From Lama glama (lineage: Eukaryota), in the NCBI GenBank assembly GCA_028534125.1, contig CM052816.1:51090001-51154000 (forward strand): a stretch of DNA of 64,000 bases, read 5' to 3'. The first letter of the stretch is position 1. Each line of letters starts with the position of its first letter. Made by a program: the position numbers and the translations under genes. The notes below the pieces were generated by a model that saw only the letters and a program-made list of their open reading frames with translations, did not search any database and was not told the origin of the DNA. Shown in pieces: positions 25,680 through 38,630 of the stretch.

Positions 25680-27430
25680 CATCCTACCCTCTCTACTCAA
25701 ACCTCTTTTCCCTACTTTCTCTTCACTGATGCCCCTGTTTATTTCATTGAGTGAAGAGCAGTCAAAAGGGGTTCCACACTTTCCTATCAACAAATCTTCG
25801 AATATACTTGGAGTTGTACCCCTATATTCTGCCTTCTCTATTACTATAGATAAATTGTTACTATTCCTAAGGTCAATTCCTCCACTTGAGCACCCCTCTA
25901 GTCTACTCGAGGATTTGCTCATGTAATTATTCCTTTTCTCTATGAATTATCTATTTTTTCTTCTCTACTGAAACAATTCCATCAGCAATATAAAAATGCC
26001 ATAAAACATACCATCTTAAACAAACGCATCCTGACACAACCTCCTTTAGATTTGGTCCCTTTTCTCTAAACTTTATACGAAAACTCCTTGCAAAAAATGG
26101 TCTATAATTGCTGTCTCCACTTCCTTCTCTCCTATATTCTGTTGACTCCAGCCCAATCAGGCTTACATCTTCACCACTCCATGGGATCCCCTCTTGACAA
26201 AGTTACCAGTAACCTCCACATGGCCAAACCTAAAAGGTAATTTTCAGTCCTCATCTACTCCTTTTTTCACACTTGCTCACTTCCACTGTCTTCACTTCGC
26301 TTTGGTTAGAACATAGCACTGGCCATTCCTTTTCAGTCTATTTTACTTCACCTGCTGCTCTTTCAGTGTGCCCAGGCCTTAGGCCTCCAACCTTTCTGTG
26401 TTCTAGCTACAGTCATCCCCTAAATGATCTCACTCAGAGCCGTGGCTTTCAGTGTTATCTATTCACTGATGACTCTCTTGAACTCCATACCCACATATCT
26501 AACTACCCACCCCACATCCCTACCTGTATGTCTAACAAGCATCTCAAACTTAACACATCACTAACAGAACTCTAATTTCCCCTTCTAAATTTCTCCCCTC
26601 CCAGTATTTTCCACTCAGTAAATAAAACCACAAACTACCCAATTGCTCAGGTCAAAAATCATAATTAACTCCTCTTACACCCTACAGTCCTGAGCAAATC
26701 CTGTTGGCTCTACCATCAAACTGTGTATCTGATACAACCACTTTTTATCACCTAGACTGAGATTCTAAGCCATAATTATTTCCCAATTGAGCTATCACAA
26801 CATCCTCCCAACTGGCCTCAAGGATTCACCTTAGCTTTCTCCTCACAACAGCCAGAGTGAACATATGAAAATATAAATCCTATCTGTTGTTCCCCTGTTC
26901 AAAACTTTCCAAAGATTCAACCACAGGAAGAGGAAACAAAGCCTTTACCATGGCGGACAGGCTCTACATGTCCCTGTGTACCTCCCAGACCTCATCTAGT
27001 GCCACACTACTCCTCAAGCACTCAGCAGCCCCTCCCCTGACCCTTCAGCTCTTGGAAAGCGCCAGCCCATTCTACTTGTTCAGAATCCCTCTTCTTGGAA
27101 GGCTTTACCTGCACACTTATCTGAATGGCTCCCTCTGTTTAGGACCTCAGCTCAAATGTAATCTCCACAGAGATATCTTCTAACACAACCCTGTCCAGAC
27201 TAGCCACCCTCACCCCAAGTCACTATCACCTAATCAACTATTAAGTGTTCTCTATAGCACTTACCAGTAAGTAAAATCACCTTTTTTATTTTTAAATGCA
27301 CCTTTATTTCCTACCTTCTCACAACTAGAATATAAACTTAAGAGCAGAAAACTTCACGCTTAACTGTTGTATCTCCAATGCCTAAAGCCGTGCCCAGCAC
27401 AGGTAAGACATTTCTTTTAAAGTTTATGAA
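25680..27430. mobile_element. Long L2 remnant
   Basis: aagttaccagtaacctccac, tctaacaagcatctcaaacttaaca, caaatcctgttggctctacc, gtgcccagcacag. Confidence 0.75.
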
Positions 27431-28067
27431 TAAACCAATATCCCAGAAAACTTTCATATCTATTTCATTCTTCAGAGGTTTAAAGAGTTAATTAAATTAA
27501 TCACCCAAGGTCCCCTAACCAAAACAGCAACTTTAGGGTTTAAGGCCGGGTCTCTCACAAATGCTCAGGTTTTAAAATACTACTTCACCTTGCTTCACTA
27601 AATGGTTTTCAATTTACTATGCTTCTTGTGTGTAAGAGTTAACGCTTCGAAGTCTTATTTTCCAAACTATAACTGCAGGCCCACCTTCCATGACGCAGAC
27701 GCCGAGGGCCGATCCGCCCGCCCTCCGGCACCACGAAGCCCTCCCTCCGACTCCACGAAGCCCGCCCGGCGGGTCTGCCCAGAGCGCCTGCGCCGGGAGC
27801 GGATCTCGTGCAAAGGCTTCCGGGATTGGTAGTCCCGGTTCCTTCCATCAGCAGCATTCACACAAAAAGAAATAAACCATACTACAAATTAGATAGCTCT
27901 GGATTTCACACAAATTCATTAAGACGCAGATTCTGGAAAGTGGTGCAGCCTTGTCGCTTCCTACCGAGAGGCGCCGGCCGGACCAGGCGCTGCGCAGACA
28001 GCCGCACGGGTCCTCGGCTGGGCGGGGCTTGCTCGCGCGCGGTGGCTTGTGGCTCCTTCCTGGGCGA

Positions 28068-28080
28068 CTTCTCTCTTTCG
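28068..28080 (+). promoter_or_regulatory. RPS23: TCT initiator / 5'TOP pyrimidine tract
   Basis: cttctctctttcg about 30 nt upstream of the ATG, typical of ribosomal protein gene start sites. Confidence 0.85.
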
Positions 28081-28103
28081 CTCAGGCTCGTGGCGCCGGC
28101 AGG

Positions 28104-28107
28104 ATGG
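28104..28107 (+). CDS. RPS23: 40S ribosomal protein S23 (uS12), exon 1 coding part
   Basis: ggcaggATGG|gtgagc. Confidence 0.95.
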
Positions 28108-28570
28108 GTGAGCTGGCCCTGGCCGGGCTGAGGGGGCTGGGGTGGAACTGCGGGGTTTCGGGGACTGGCGGACAGATAGGAGCAGAGCCGTGAGGGAGAG
28201 CCGTACGGGAGAGCCGTACCGGGGACTGACGAGAGGGCCAGGGAGCGCCACTGCCGCAGGCACATGGCCCGGCGGGAAGGGGCCCATGCGGCGCAGAGGC
28301 CGTGGAGCCGGAGTTACTGAGGGACCGGGAGGGTAGGTGCGGGGGCGACGCTTCTCCTGAGCGTTGGCGCGGGGCTTCGTTCCGTTGGGAAGACACAGCT
28401 GTCCGGGCGCTTGTGTCCACGTCTTAGTTTGTTCAAGGGGAACTTGGAGGTTCGGACCCTGGGCCGAGATGTGATGCCAGAGCCTACTGGCCTATAGTCC
28501 AGGTGAGACTAGTGTCTGAGATGTTAGAATACGGTTGGGTGTTTTCACTGGGGAACTAAGGTGATTTTGA

Positions 28571-28738
<168 letters not shown>

Positions 28739-29396
28739 TGAGTTATAAGTCCTCTGCTGCTTCCTTCAGTGTTTTAGTGGTTAACTCGAGATAAATGCGC
28801 TTGAAGAGGTTTAATGTAAATTCTAGGTCTTTGTGTAGCCACGTTTGTTGGAAAATTGGTAACCATGAGGGCTAGGGTTAGATAAGCCCCAATGGTTTTT
28901 CAATTTTTCGCATTAGTTTGGAAGGGATTGGGATGGCGTTGGAGGGGAGAAAGTAACAATAATGAAATAAGGAACATTATGAGACCTTAATATGTGTGGA
29001 AACTGTTCTGAGCAGTTTGTACCCATCAAATACTTCATATTTGCAGTCAGATCTTTCCACTTGAGAAAACTAACATAAAGAAGTTTCTTCAGTGATGTTA
29101 TCCAGCAAAGATTGAGCCACGTGAACTTGGCAGTACTCAACTCTTTTTAAGATTTTCAAAATGATAATTTCATGTGTCCCCGTCCAATTTAGTGGCAGTC
29201 AGGATTTGAATCCAGGTTTTCTAGCTTTAGTTCTTGGTTCATATTTTACAACTATAAGGAGGCCAGGAGTTTCCCCTATTGTCCTAATTAGTTTCATTAG
29301 TTTCATTCTGCGGAAGAACTTGGTTGAAGTTTAGCAATTTAGGAATGGGTTGAAAAGGTAGGAATACTACTATTTAATAAGTTTTATGCTTAATGA

Positions 29397-29594
<198 letters not shown>

Positions 29595-29708
29595 TAGCTT
29601 CTGTTTCTGGAGTGGTGTGTCTCCCCCCCCCCCCCAATTTATAGGATGAGTGGGTATTTTTAGTGATTGCCACTTACACCAGAAGTAAACTGTTGGTTTT
29701 TATTCCAG

Positions 29709-29855
29709 GAAAATGATGAAGTTCTGGTTGCTGGATTTGGTCGTAAAGGTCATGCTGTTGGTGACATTCCTGGAGTCCGCTTTAAGGTGGTCAAAGTAGC
29801 CAATGTCTCTCTTTTGGCTTTATACAAAGGCAAGAAGGAAAGACCAAGATCATAA
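29709..29855 (+). CDS. RPS23: RPS23 exon 4 coding part (147 nt including stop)
   Basis: attccag|GAAAATGAT...AGATCATAA encodes [48 protein letters not shown]. Total CDS 4+160+121+147 = 432 nt = 143 aa plus stop. Confidence 0.98.
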   Translation, partial: ENDEVLVAGFGRKGHAVGDIPGVRFKVVKVANVSLLALYKGKKERPRS

Positions 29856-29880
29856 GTTTTGATGGTGAAAGCACAATAGT

Positions 29881-29886
29881 AATAAA
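29881..29886 (+). terminator. RPS23: RPS23 polyadenylation signal
   Basis: AATAAA 25 nt after the stop, followed by a GT/T-rich downstream element (tctgtgtcttatttttgtt). Confidence 0.9.
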
Positions 29887-31609
29887 TTTTCATATGCCAA
29901 AAATACATTCTGTGTCTTATTTTTGTTACCATGGAGATGCACTGTATGCTTTACCAATTTTAGGAGATTGGGAAAACAGTTCAGAATTTTCTAAAGTGGG
30001 ATTGGTAAGTTTTTTCCCTTCTCCATGGAGTAAACAAAACTATGGGTAAAATATGGAATAGCTAAATGTATAGTATTCCTGTGTAGAGGGTCTCAAACTC
30101 AGCTTCTAGTGGGTATCATCTTGGGAACGCTGGGCAATGTACATTCTTGGATCCATTTAGGGACCCAGTATGATACATAGGGTGCTCAAGTTGCTCCCTG
30201 CTCTGGTGGTTTTCAGTTAGCTCAAGGTCAGGGCCCATGTTTTAAGTATGTATATGATAGCAAAACTTAAGCATTACACAATTGAGTTAATGGACATGTA
30301 TGCCTGGCAAATTAAGGCAAGAGGAGTAAGGGAGATGAGTTATGGAAAGTTAATCTAGGTGCAAATCTTTGTCCAGAGCTTATCAGTAACCTAGATTTTG
30401 ACCTTGAGGTTTACTTCAAGGCACACAAAGTAATGGAAGTGACTAGGTAGAAATGGTCCAGATAGTTTGAATAGTTCTGATGATTGAAGCTGGGTGTTGG
30501 TTGGGTACACAGGGGCCCCGTGCCACAAATAGTTGTTTCAAAATTTCCTTAGGGAAAAATGGTAAAAATCAATCTAAAATCTTAAGTTAGTGAGGAACTG
30601 CTTTTGGCAGCATTAATAGGTATGAGTTAATTTGCTCTGATCAGTCTAACGTTGTGTCATGTTAGAATCTTTGGAAGATAGAACTTTTTGGCTTCCCATC
30701 TTCTAGAAGATAAAGACCAGAATTTGATCTTGACATAGGAGACCTTGTGTGTTGTGTGTTCCCTGGCTGCTCCTAAAAGCTGGCCTCACTTGCTCAAACC
30801 TGCATTCCCCATCCAGCTTCAGGTCCCCCCCTGGCATGTCACCTGCTGTCCTACCTTAAACCAGTGATCCCACATTCACACTTGTGCTTATACTTGTCAC
30901 AAAAAAGGTAGAGACAGATTGGCTCTTTTTTTTTAATTGAAATATATTTGACATTAAGATACACATGTTAACTAGGTACATTTGTATGTGGTAATTAGAC
31001 ATAGTTTGTCTTTCCATCCCAACGCTTCCTGGTGCTTGTAGTTGGAGTTACTGATTAAGCCGTTTCCAAAGGCTGACCAGATGCTTCCAGATGGTCATAA
31101 CTGACCCTCCACATGACCCACCAGAAGAGGCTGCATGGGGATACGTGGTTTCACCCCAGGCTCAGACATGGGGAGGGCAGCGGCCTGAGGATTAAAAGCA
31201 GGGACAGGAAACTGCCAGTGGGTGGGGTGGACCTACAGGGTGTGCACGAGGGAGGAGGGCCAGAGACCACATCCATTCTGGGCATGTCTAACTCCTGCTG
31301 CAAAGGATGAATTTTCCTGTAAGGAGTTAAGGCATCCTGCGATGAAGGCTGGCTTGCACTTGTCTCCTTGGTACACCCAGGATGCCCCCGTCCTGTGACA
31401 ACTGACTGACCCATAAATCTACCACAGACGCCTCAGACCCAAAAGTGTTCAAGCCTGATTTAAGTTCCCTCAGCCTTCCCACCATCCCAACCCCTACTCC
31501 CTCACACTTTGTGACCAGAGCCCCTTCATTTTTGGATCCATCTCAAAGTTCTGCCTGGCGCTGCTATAGAGGAAGAAAAAATGAGGCACTCACCATGGCT
31601 GCAAAATTT

Positions 31610-33220
31610 AAGCAAATTCCCAGCAGCTCTTTTTGGTAGAAGTAGAAAAGTTAATTCTAAAATTACGGAAAGGCAAAAGGACTAGAATAGCCAGTACAAT
31701 ACTGAAAATGAAGAATAAAGGTAGAGGAATCACAAACTGGTTGTAAGATAATTTGTAGCTACAGTAAACAAAATGGTGTATTGGAGGGACAGACACAGAT
31801 CAATAAAATAGGAAAATAGACTCCATAAATATACAGGTATGGCCAACTGACTTGACATACAAAAGCAGTTCAACGGAAGACAGTTTTTTCAATAAATTGT
31901 GTGGACTTCCATTTGCAAAAAAATGGACTTCAATCTAAATTTCACACATTATACAAAAACTAACTCAATGGATAATATATCTGAATATAAAAAGTAAAGC
32001 TGTAAAAACTAGAAGAAAACAACAGCTTCATGGCAGGGTCAGGTGAAGAATTCTAAGACATCACACTTAAAAGCACATTCCACACACACACAAAGGATAA
32101 AGTGGACTTAAAATAAAAATCTTTTGCTCTGTGAGATATCTTGTCAAGAAGATGAAAAAACAGACTACAGACTGGGAGAAAATATTTGCAAATTATATAT
32201 CCAATAAAAGACTTGTATCCAAAATATATGAAGAACTCCCTAATCTCAAAACTAAGAAAACAATCCTATTACAAAATGGGCGAATGAATAAATACTTCAC
32301 TGAAGAGATGACAAGCACATGAAAAGATGATTAACATCATTAGCCATTAGAAAAATGTAAGTTAAAATCATAAGGAGATGATACCAGTATACACCTACCT
32401 AACGACTAAAATTTAAAATACTGACAATACCAAGCACTGGTGAGACTGGAGCAACTAGATTGTTGGTGGGACTAAGAAATGGTACAGTCACTCTGGCAAA
32501 GTTTGACAGTTCCTTAGAGAGTTAACATACACTTAAGATCCAGCAATTGCACTCCTGGGTAGTTATCATACCAAAATGAAATGTCTGCCCACACAAAATC
32601 CTGTACACACGTGTTCATGGCAACTTTATTTATGATAGTCAAGAACTAGAAGCAACCTAAATGTCTTTCAGTGGGCAAACAGGTAAACTGTGGTTACATC
32701 CGTAAGTGAAATGCTACTCAGTCATAAAAGACACTTGTTGCAAGCAACAACTTTGATGTTTCTTAGTGGTATGCTAAGCACAAAAAGACAAACTGAAAAG
32801 GTTACATAGGTCCTGTAACATTTTATTTATATAAAATTCTTGAAAAAAATTACAGCAACGGAGAAGAGATGGGTAGTTGCTATGGACGAAGGATGGTAGT
32901 CGAACTACAAAAGGGTAGCACCAGGGGGTGTCTTTGTGGTGTTGAGCAGTTCTGTCCTGATTGTGGTAACGTTTACACAAATCAATACTTGTGATGGAAT
33001 TTCAAAGTGCTGTATACCAAAAAGAGCATAAAAATTGAAATACAAGTAAATCTGTAGTTTAGTTAATAGTGTTATAAATGTCAATTGACTGGTTTTGAGA
33101 ATATACTCTGGTTATCAAATATGTTATCATTAAGGCAAGGTTGGGTGAAGTATACAAATGATAGTTTTTGCAATTTCTTGTGAGTCTTAAATTACTTGTT
33201 GATTAAAAGGTTTAAAAAAT
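31610..33220 (+). mobile_element. Old L1 ORF2 3' part and 3'UTR
   Basis: ORF fragment KKQTTDWEKIFANYISNKRLVSKIY is ORF2p; gatccagcaattgcactcctgggt. Confidence 0.85.
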
Positions 33221-33986
33221 TGTGAATGAGTAATTAATTTGTGTTACATCTTGTATTTGCCTAGCAAACCCCAAACAGATCAGAAATTGTTAGTGCAGAA
33301 AGAATCTGGAGATCATTTAGTCCTGTGGTTCCCAAATCGAGAACATCAGAATCCCTAAGGCATTTGTTAGATTATACAAGTACTCCTGATCTTCTGGGAA
33401 GCCATCTTTGTGGTATTTCTGGGAGAAATCTGTCTTTTCAATGAGCTCTAAGGCAGTCTTTATGTAGCCATCCCATTGATGGGGATACTCCTGCTCTTTT
33501 CCAGCCACCTCATTTTATAAACCAGAAGCCCAAAAAAGGTAGCTCTTCAGTATTTTTCAAATAATTTCCCCAAGTAATCAACACAGCTGAAACCAGAAGG
33601 AGTCCATCCTCTAAATTAAACCGTTCCTGTAGGAGACCCACCTCAGAGCAACATAGCAAACACTGCCTTACAGGCAGCTACTTAGCCTGATATGGTGTAA
33701 ATTTATGCTGGGTATTTAATAAGTTTTTGTTTTGCACTTTTTGAAGGGAAGGTATAACATGATTAGTAAATTTTCTGTATGTTTATATGGAAATGTTGAA
33801 ACATACAAGTTAGTGATGTTCTGCAAAAAACTTTAAACTATATTAGGAAAATACACAATGCCTCAAATATATGGTTTTTTTCCCTTTTATTTTTTGATAC
33901 AGCTGAGAGACATGGTTCTAATTTGACAGCTATGCAAATTTGAATGTGTATCTTTGTATATATGTATTTTCTATGTTTCATTCCAG

Positions 33987-34125
33987 GTAAATGTCTGGTG
34001 GCAGGATTTGGTTATAATGATCATGCTGTAGATAACATTCCTGGAGTCTGTTTCAAGGTCGACAGAGTAGCTAACATTTCTTTATTGGTTTTACACAAAG
34101 TTGAGAAAGGAGACCAAGATCATAA
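33987..34125 (+). pseudogene. Degenerate tandem duplicate of RPS23 exon 4
   Basis: [35 protein letters not shown] aligns with [35 protein letters not shown]. Retains the attccag acceptor and the agaccaagatcataa end; has a 7-nt and a 1-nt deletion. Confidence 0.92.
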
Positions 34126-35515
34126 ATTACCGTATTACACCACAATTTTCACTAATAGCTACTTGTATAATCTTTATTTTAACCTATAAAATCTGTTTAA
34201 ATGGATCATCCAAGTATTAACTTACATTTCTTACGATATTGTAGTTGGGAGATTGCCTTCATAGGTTGTACTAAGCATTTCTAATTTCTAGCACAATTTC
34301 TATCTGTATTATTTGGAAAAGTTATGGCATGTTTATTAGTGTGTGAGGAAAAGAAGTGGATTTTTAAAGCTTATTGTCATGGTAATGTCACCACAGGAGT
34401 TTTAGAGCAAAGTATTAAAACATTCAACAACTGAATGTTTTTAAGTGTAAGTTGTCTCATGGGGAAAATCATTTTTAGAGTGACACATTTGAAGGGACCT
34501 AAGAGTGACAACCCATATTTCCAAATATGCACACACACACACAGTCGCCACCGCATTCAGACTTTAGTATGTGGTGTGTATCTTCAAAATGATGGAGCTA
34601 CTCACATACAGCACTTAGAACTCGAGCCAGATGTGATGAACGTCATCATTGCTTCCCAGAGGACCTGAAGCTTTCAAATGGCAACTCTGATGCTAAGGAG
34701 TTTCTCCTGTAGGAGGGAGAAGAGGAAATCATGACCCCAGATCACCTCTTCAGACTTTCCAGTCTGAGAAGTGTCAGCTTCCTCCGCAGGTCCTTACTTG
34801 TGGTAATAAGTTATTGACATAAATTATCTAATCTATTCATAGTGTAGGAGTTTTTGTTTGTGTTTGAAGTCTAGCTTTCTAAATCTCATTCACTGTAGTT
34901 AATTAGAAGTAGAACAAGGGGTCATGTTACTTGGTTGGGTTAAAAGGGAAGGGCATGCTGAGCATACCCACATTTTCAAATAAGTCTAGATGTGGATAAA
35001 TATATTATACTGCTTTCTTACCTCTTACAACCAGCAAATGTTTAAATCTGAACAATAGTGGGCAGAGTGAGCCACATTTTAAATAACTTTTTATGTCAAT
35101 CACAGCTGAGAACAGTGGAGGGAAATGTTACTTGTTGAAACAGGTTTTGTCTATTAATACCTGTTTTGGAAACAATGACAAGAAATAGATTGTTTTGTCA
35201 TATCTTTTCCCCCAACAGCTTTGAGCATTTATTTATCTGGTTTATGAGAAGACATATATATTTTTTCTATGTAGCTTGACAGCTTCAGGTATTCTGTTTT
35301 TGCGTGTGTTTGCAGATAAGTTGGACCACTTTGCCCCTCCTTCAGTTCTTGATATATTCCAAGTATTTTCTTCAAATTTCAGTGCTAGTATATGCAATAG
35401 TTGACTTCCGTTCACTCTGTATTTTACACATTTTCTTATGTTTATAATTAGGTAGTTTTTCCCTGTCACCATATCCCTCTTTCTCCTGCCCATGACATAA
35501 CATAGCGGGATAGCG

Positions 35516-35517
<2 letters not shown>

Positions 35518-35559
<42 letters not shown>
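35518..35559. repeat. (GT)n microsatellite, about 21 units
   Basis: Pure gtgtgt run. Confidence 0.95.
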
Positions 35560-35562
<3 letters not shown>

Positions 35563-37759
35563 CTCCTGAAACTATGTAGAATTTTCTGATTTTTCTGTAA
35601 GCATACACACACATACACACATATTTTTCTGAAAAGGGGGTCTATACATTTTTCAGATTTTTGAAGGAGTTTCTGCCTAAGAAACCAGCTACTGTTTAAA
35701 TTTGTACAACAGTGAGCGGATTTAGTCACATATTACATAATTACTCAATTTAATCACACCTGAGAATGGTCGTGAGACGCTGCCTGTGGTTTGACAGCAT
35801 CTATGAAATGTCCTCAGCGTGGTGAGGATCTGTGGATGGGTAATCCAGGCTACAGAACCTGCAACTAGCACATTTCACATTCTGCTTTGATGGCACCAGC
35901 TGACCCAATAACAGAACAGGGGGCCATTTTAGAGAGAAGTTCCCCAATATCACTGGTAAATGCAGAATCAGAAAGACGTTACAAACCCCACCCTCAGAAG
36001 TAAAAGCAGAGGGCAAATCCCAAAGATACTTTAACACCTAAGTTTGGAGTAAAACTTAACAGAAAAGATCAAATAAAAAATGTTCAGCGTGCACCTGTAA
36101 AAACAAATGACATAATGTCTGTGTTTAAAAAAAAAACTAAGCAAATATAAAGTAAAAAACAAGGGTTAAATGAAGCAAATGTGGCAAAAATCCTGGTAGT
36201 TGCTGATTCCGACTTACAGGTATGTGAAGGTTCATTGTACAATCTTCTTTACTTGTGAGTCTGTATGAAATTTCCCATAATAATTTTTTTAAATTCATAC
36301 AAATCCTTATTGTTTAACTGCCATACTCTCTGGCTGTACAAACCAGTACATAGACAGTCAGCTCGCATGGGGCAAAGTGAAGATGTGGGGTAATCAAGTG
36401 TACAATAGAGAGGCTACAAACTAACCCTGGTCACACTGAGAAATATATACCACATTGGGAAGAAACAAAAATGAGAAGCCATGCAAATTGTAGCAAGACC
36501 AGTGGAGAAAATGATCAATAATAAAAGCACAGTAAAATAAAATTATTTTCAAAGATTTTAGGAAATGGTAGAACACAGACTGCTTTGGGGAATGCAAACT
36601 GGGATAGCCTTACTGGTGAACAATTGAGCAGCATGAATCAAAAATCTCAAGACATTCCATATCCTTTGACCTGTTTATTCCCTTAGTGAGGGTGTAACCC
36701 AAAGAAACAGGATGTAACTATTTCTGCACACATATCTTACTGTATTACATTTGGAAAGTTCTCTGAGGGAAGGGCTTTGTCTGTCCTACTGAACAGTATA
36801 TCCTCAGCACAGGTCTTGAACATTCAGGAAGTTAAGTGTCCAATGAATGCATGTTAAATAAACAGTGAAGAATTAGAAACAACCTAAAAGCCCTAAAACT
36901 ATTTGGTACGTTTTGATATAAAAGAAATAATAGCCATGCTCAGCCCTGAAGATCTGGCGTACATACGTAAATACCAACACACCAAAGGCTGTAGATTTAT
37001 TGAACTATGATTTCTTGTTAGCCTATCACAGCATACTTTGTTTAACTTCTGCCTAACAGTGATTTCTAGTTATTTGAAAAACTTCAAGGTAATCCAAGAA
37101 ATCACCACCTAGCCAGAGGCTTTATTTATTCTAATGTGAACTTCATCTGAACGTTGGAATACATTGCGTTTCGAGTTCATTTTTAATAATTTACCAAATG
37201 GGACTTGGTGACCTCTAAGATCACTTTAAGTTCTTACAGTCTAGAATTCAGAGTATTTGTAATAGGGCTCTTTTACCACTAGGTGTCGATATTGACAACA
37301 CAAAAAAAATTAAAGCAAGGGCTTGACATTACAGAACTGCTTTAAAGAACATTATCAAATTTAAGAATAAAATGTGAAATCACTTTTACAGACAAGCCCT
37401 ACAGAAATCCAGAGGGAGAGCTGTGAGAACCTATGTGCATATCGAAGTAGCCCAGTGCCATGGGCACAATAATAGTTAAGTACTTCCTATACCTTCTAGA
37501 ACAACCTTTAACAACTTACTGGTCAGCAGCATGAGAAGAGAATCAGAGATTCTTAGAATTGCAAGGGAGCTTATTTGTCCATTAGTTTTTAAATCTCTGA
37601 CTGCTCCCTGGAGCTAGAAATACACTTACATCACAACCTAGCACATGCGCACATACACACATCATAATACAGATTTTCTACGCATGTACTTGAAATTAAA
37701 GTTTCACAAAACAGTAATACCTTCACTATGTGCATTGCACTCCTTTCTATGTATCTCTG

Positions 37760-38630
37760 AAATAACAGAAAACATATATTGGTCTCTGCCCCAGGTTCCT
37801 GGCACAGAACTCCTAAAACCCTTGAAATTTCCTTAGTGATGAGATTATAAGGAGTATCTTTTGTTCCAATATTTGGTCTTTGACCCCAGTTCCTAACAGA
37901 ATTTCCTGGGTGATAGTAGTAGCTTTTGTTCTAATGAGGTGACTCTGGGCGGGCTCCTGAATAGCTTCAGGATGGGGGCTGGTCACCAGAAAGACCAAGC
38001 TCTGGATCAAAAGCTTGGAACTTTCAGCCCCATCCCTCATCATTGGGGAAGGGGAGCAGGGCTAGAATTGGAGCTAATGATTGATCATTTCTACATGATG
38101 AAGCCTCCATAAAAATTCCAAAAGTATGTGGTTCAGAGAGCTTCCAGATTGGTGAACACGTCTGCATTCCAGGAAGGTGGTGTACCCCACTTCCTTGGGG
38201 ACAGAAGTTCTTGCACTTGGGACCCTCCTGGACCCTGCCCTATGTAGCTCTTTATCCGTATCCTTGATCATATCCTTTATTATATAACAAACTGGTAAGC
38301 ATAAGTAAGTGTTTCCCTGAGTACTATGAACCATTCTAGCAAATTACTGAACCCAAGGTGGGGTTCATGGGAACCCCAATTTATGGCTGGTCAGTTAAAA
38401 ATACAGGTGACAACCTTGGACTTGCAACTGGTATCTTAAATGGGGCAGTCTTATGGATCTGATGCTAAAACTCCAAGTAGATAGTGTGAGAACTGAACTT
38501 AATTGTTGAACACCCAGCAGGTGTTGCAGACTTGTCTGATATATGGAAAACCCACAACACTTAGTGTCAGGCGTGTGGTGAGTATGACAGTATTGTGAGA
38601 GTAAAGGAGAAACAAATGGGATTTTTCCCC
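37760..38630 (+). mobile_element. MER21-like LTR
   Basis: ttggtctctgccccaggttcctggcacagaactcctaaaaccctt...atagcttcaggatgggggctggtcaccagaaagacc...gagagcttccagattggtgaacac. Confidence 0.8.

Noticed and set aside
27602..28420. Cluster of overlapping 60-119 aa ORFs on both strands
   Set aside because: Expected from stop-codon scarcity in a CpG island; low-complexity R/G/P/A content and no recognisable domain.
31020..31440. GC-richer block as a processed pseudogene
   Set aside because: The translations I examined resemble no protein I recognise, and I found no clear TSD or associated tail.
33944..34189. 81-aa ORF containing RPS23-like residues as a standalone gene
   Set aside because: The ATG lies in intron-like sequence upstream of the duplicated acceptor, no promoter is evident, and the homologous part carries many non-conservative changes and a frameshift.
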